Of a stretch of 61,634 nucleotides of DNA, positions 61,028 to 61,634 are shown piece by piece. The translations under genes were made by a program, and so were the position numbers. The notes beneath the pieces are model-generated. The model was not told the origin of the DNA. It saw only the letters and a list, made by a program, of their open reading frames with translations, and searched no databases. The stretch covers positions 1 to 61,634 of the forward strand of contig JAQBYT010000020.1 in the NCBI GenBank assembly GCA_027622665.1, read 5' to 3'. Source of the stretch: Verrucomicrobiota bacterium (GTDB lineage Bacteria; Verrucomicrobiota; Verrucomicrobiia; Opitutales; Seribacteraceae). Every line of letters starts with the position of its first letter. The stretch's first letter is position 1.

Positions 61028-61634
61028 ATGAAAACATCTCTGACAATTATATTACTCTTAGTTTTTCTGACGAACAACGCCATAGCTCAAGTTGGTTTGA
61101 CTAAGAAGGAAAACCCATTAAATGACGACTCGTATCTTCACCCCATAGACGCAATTACACCCTACACCCTAAAAAAAGGAGAATGGATTTATGCACAATC
61201 TATTCAAACACTACCGTTCCCCAGTTGGGCATTTTATGGTATAACTGACAGATTGACTGCACAGATAGATTTGTTACCGTGGCTTTACGGTGCATTTTCT
61301 GACTTAAAAAAACCAATCCCAAGTTTGAACTTAAGGTATAGATTTAATGAACAACAAGGGATTATACCAACAATTGGCATTGAAGCAATGTTTGTGCATT
61401 TTTGGGACACACTCCAAAGATTTGAAACCCCCACTCTGACTGTTTGGGAAAACGGCTCTTACTTTCATCTGAAACCATCATTTGGATATAATTTCAAAGA
61501 CAAATATTACATTAATCTATCAGCTGGACTAGATTATATTGGAGAACTTATTTTGCAAAACAACGATTCGTTGAATTTTCAATCCGAAACATTTCAAAAA
61601 AGTTGGAATCCAAATTTTTCAATAGGGTTCGATT
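61028..61634 (+). CDS. cassette 3: secreted/outer-membrane protein, runs off window end
   Basis: Not in the ORF track. ATG 61028 gives MKTSLTIIILLVFLTNNAIAQVGL...TPYTLKKGEW...FYGITDRLT..., open to the end, with a signal peptide and beta-strand-like pattern. Confidence 0.8.
   Translation, partial: MKTSLTIILLLVFLTNNAIAQVGLTKKENPLNDDSYLHPIDAITPYTLKKGEWIYAQSIQTLPFPSWAFYGITDRLTAQIDLLPWLYGAFSDLKKPIPSLNLRYRFNEQQGIIPTIGIEAMFVHFWDTLQRFETPTLTVWENGSYFHLKPSFGYNFKDKYYINLSAGLDYIGELILQNNDSLNFQSETFQKSWNPNFSIGFD

Overview
Two unrelated DNA segments joined at about 58071. Positions 1-58071 look like the chromosome of a PVC-superphylum bacterium, probably a Verrucomicrobiota (inferred from the DUF1549/1553, DUF1501, DUF1552 and DUF1592 genes, sulfatase and PQQ-like propellers). 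This part holds the 3' end of a Y1/RAYT-type transposase beside tRNA-Thr(CGT), an RND efflux operon, PVC-type secreted-protein clusters and a DeaD helicase. It also holds a ~21 kb light/oxidative-stress island: ECF sigma with an unusual anti-sigma, pirin, AlkB-like dioxygenase, SOUL, glutathione peroxidase, UmuDAb-like/UmuC, photolyase, an alternative sigma-70 and a furan/methyl-fatty-acid-type cluster. Four operons in the island share an ECF-type promoter motif. Positions 58072-61634 are AT-rich Bacteroidota DNA (T9SS C-terminal domain) and carry the most interesting feature, an integron-like gene-cassette array. It has a divergent tyrosine recombinase lacking the IntI-specific insertion, an attI-like site, and three single-gene cassettes separated by long attC-like palindromes. 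The ends of the two complete cassettes are reverse complements of each other, as expected for integrated circular cassettes. Both genes at the junction are truncated, so the join may be an assembly chimera. Three genes carry single-base lesions. All product calls come from motif recognition, not database searches.
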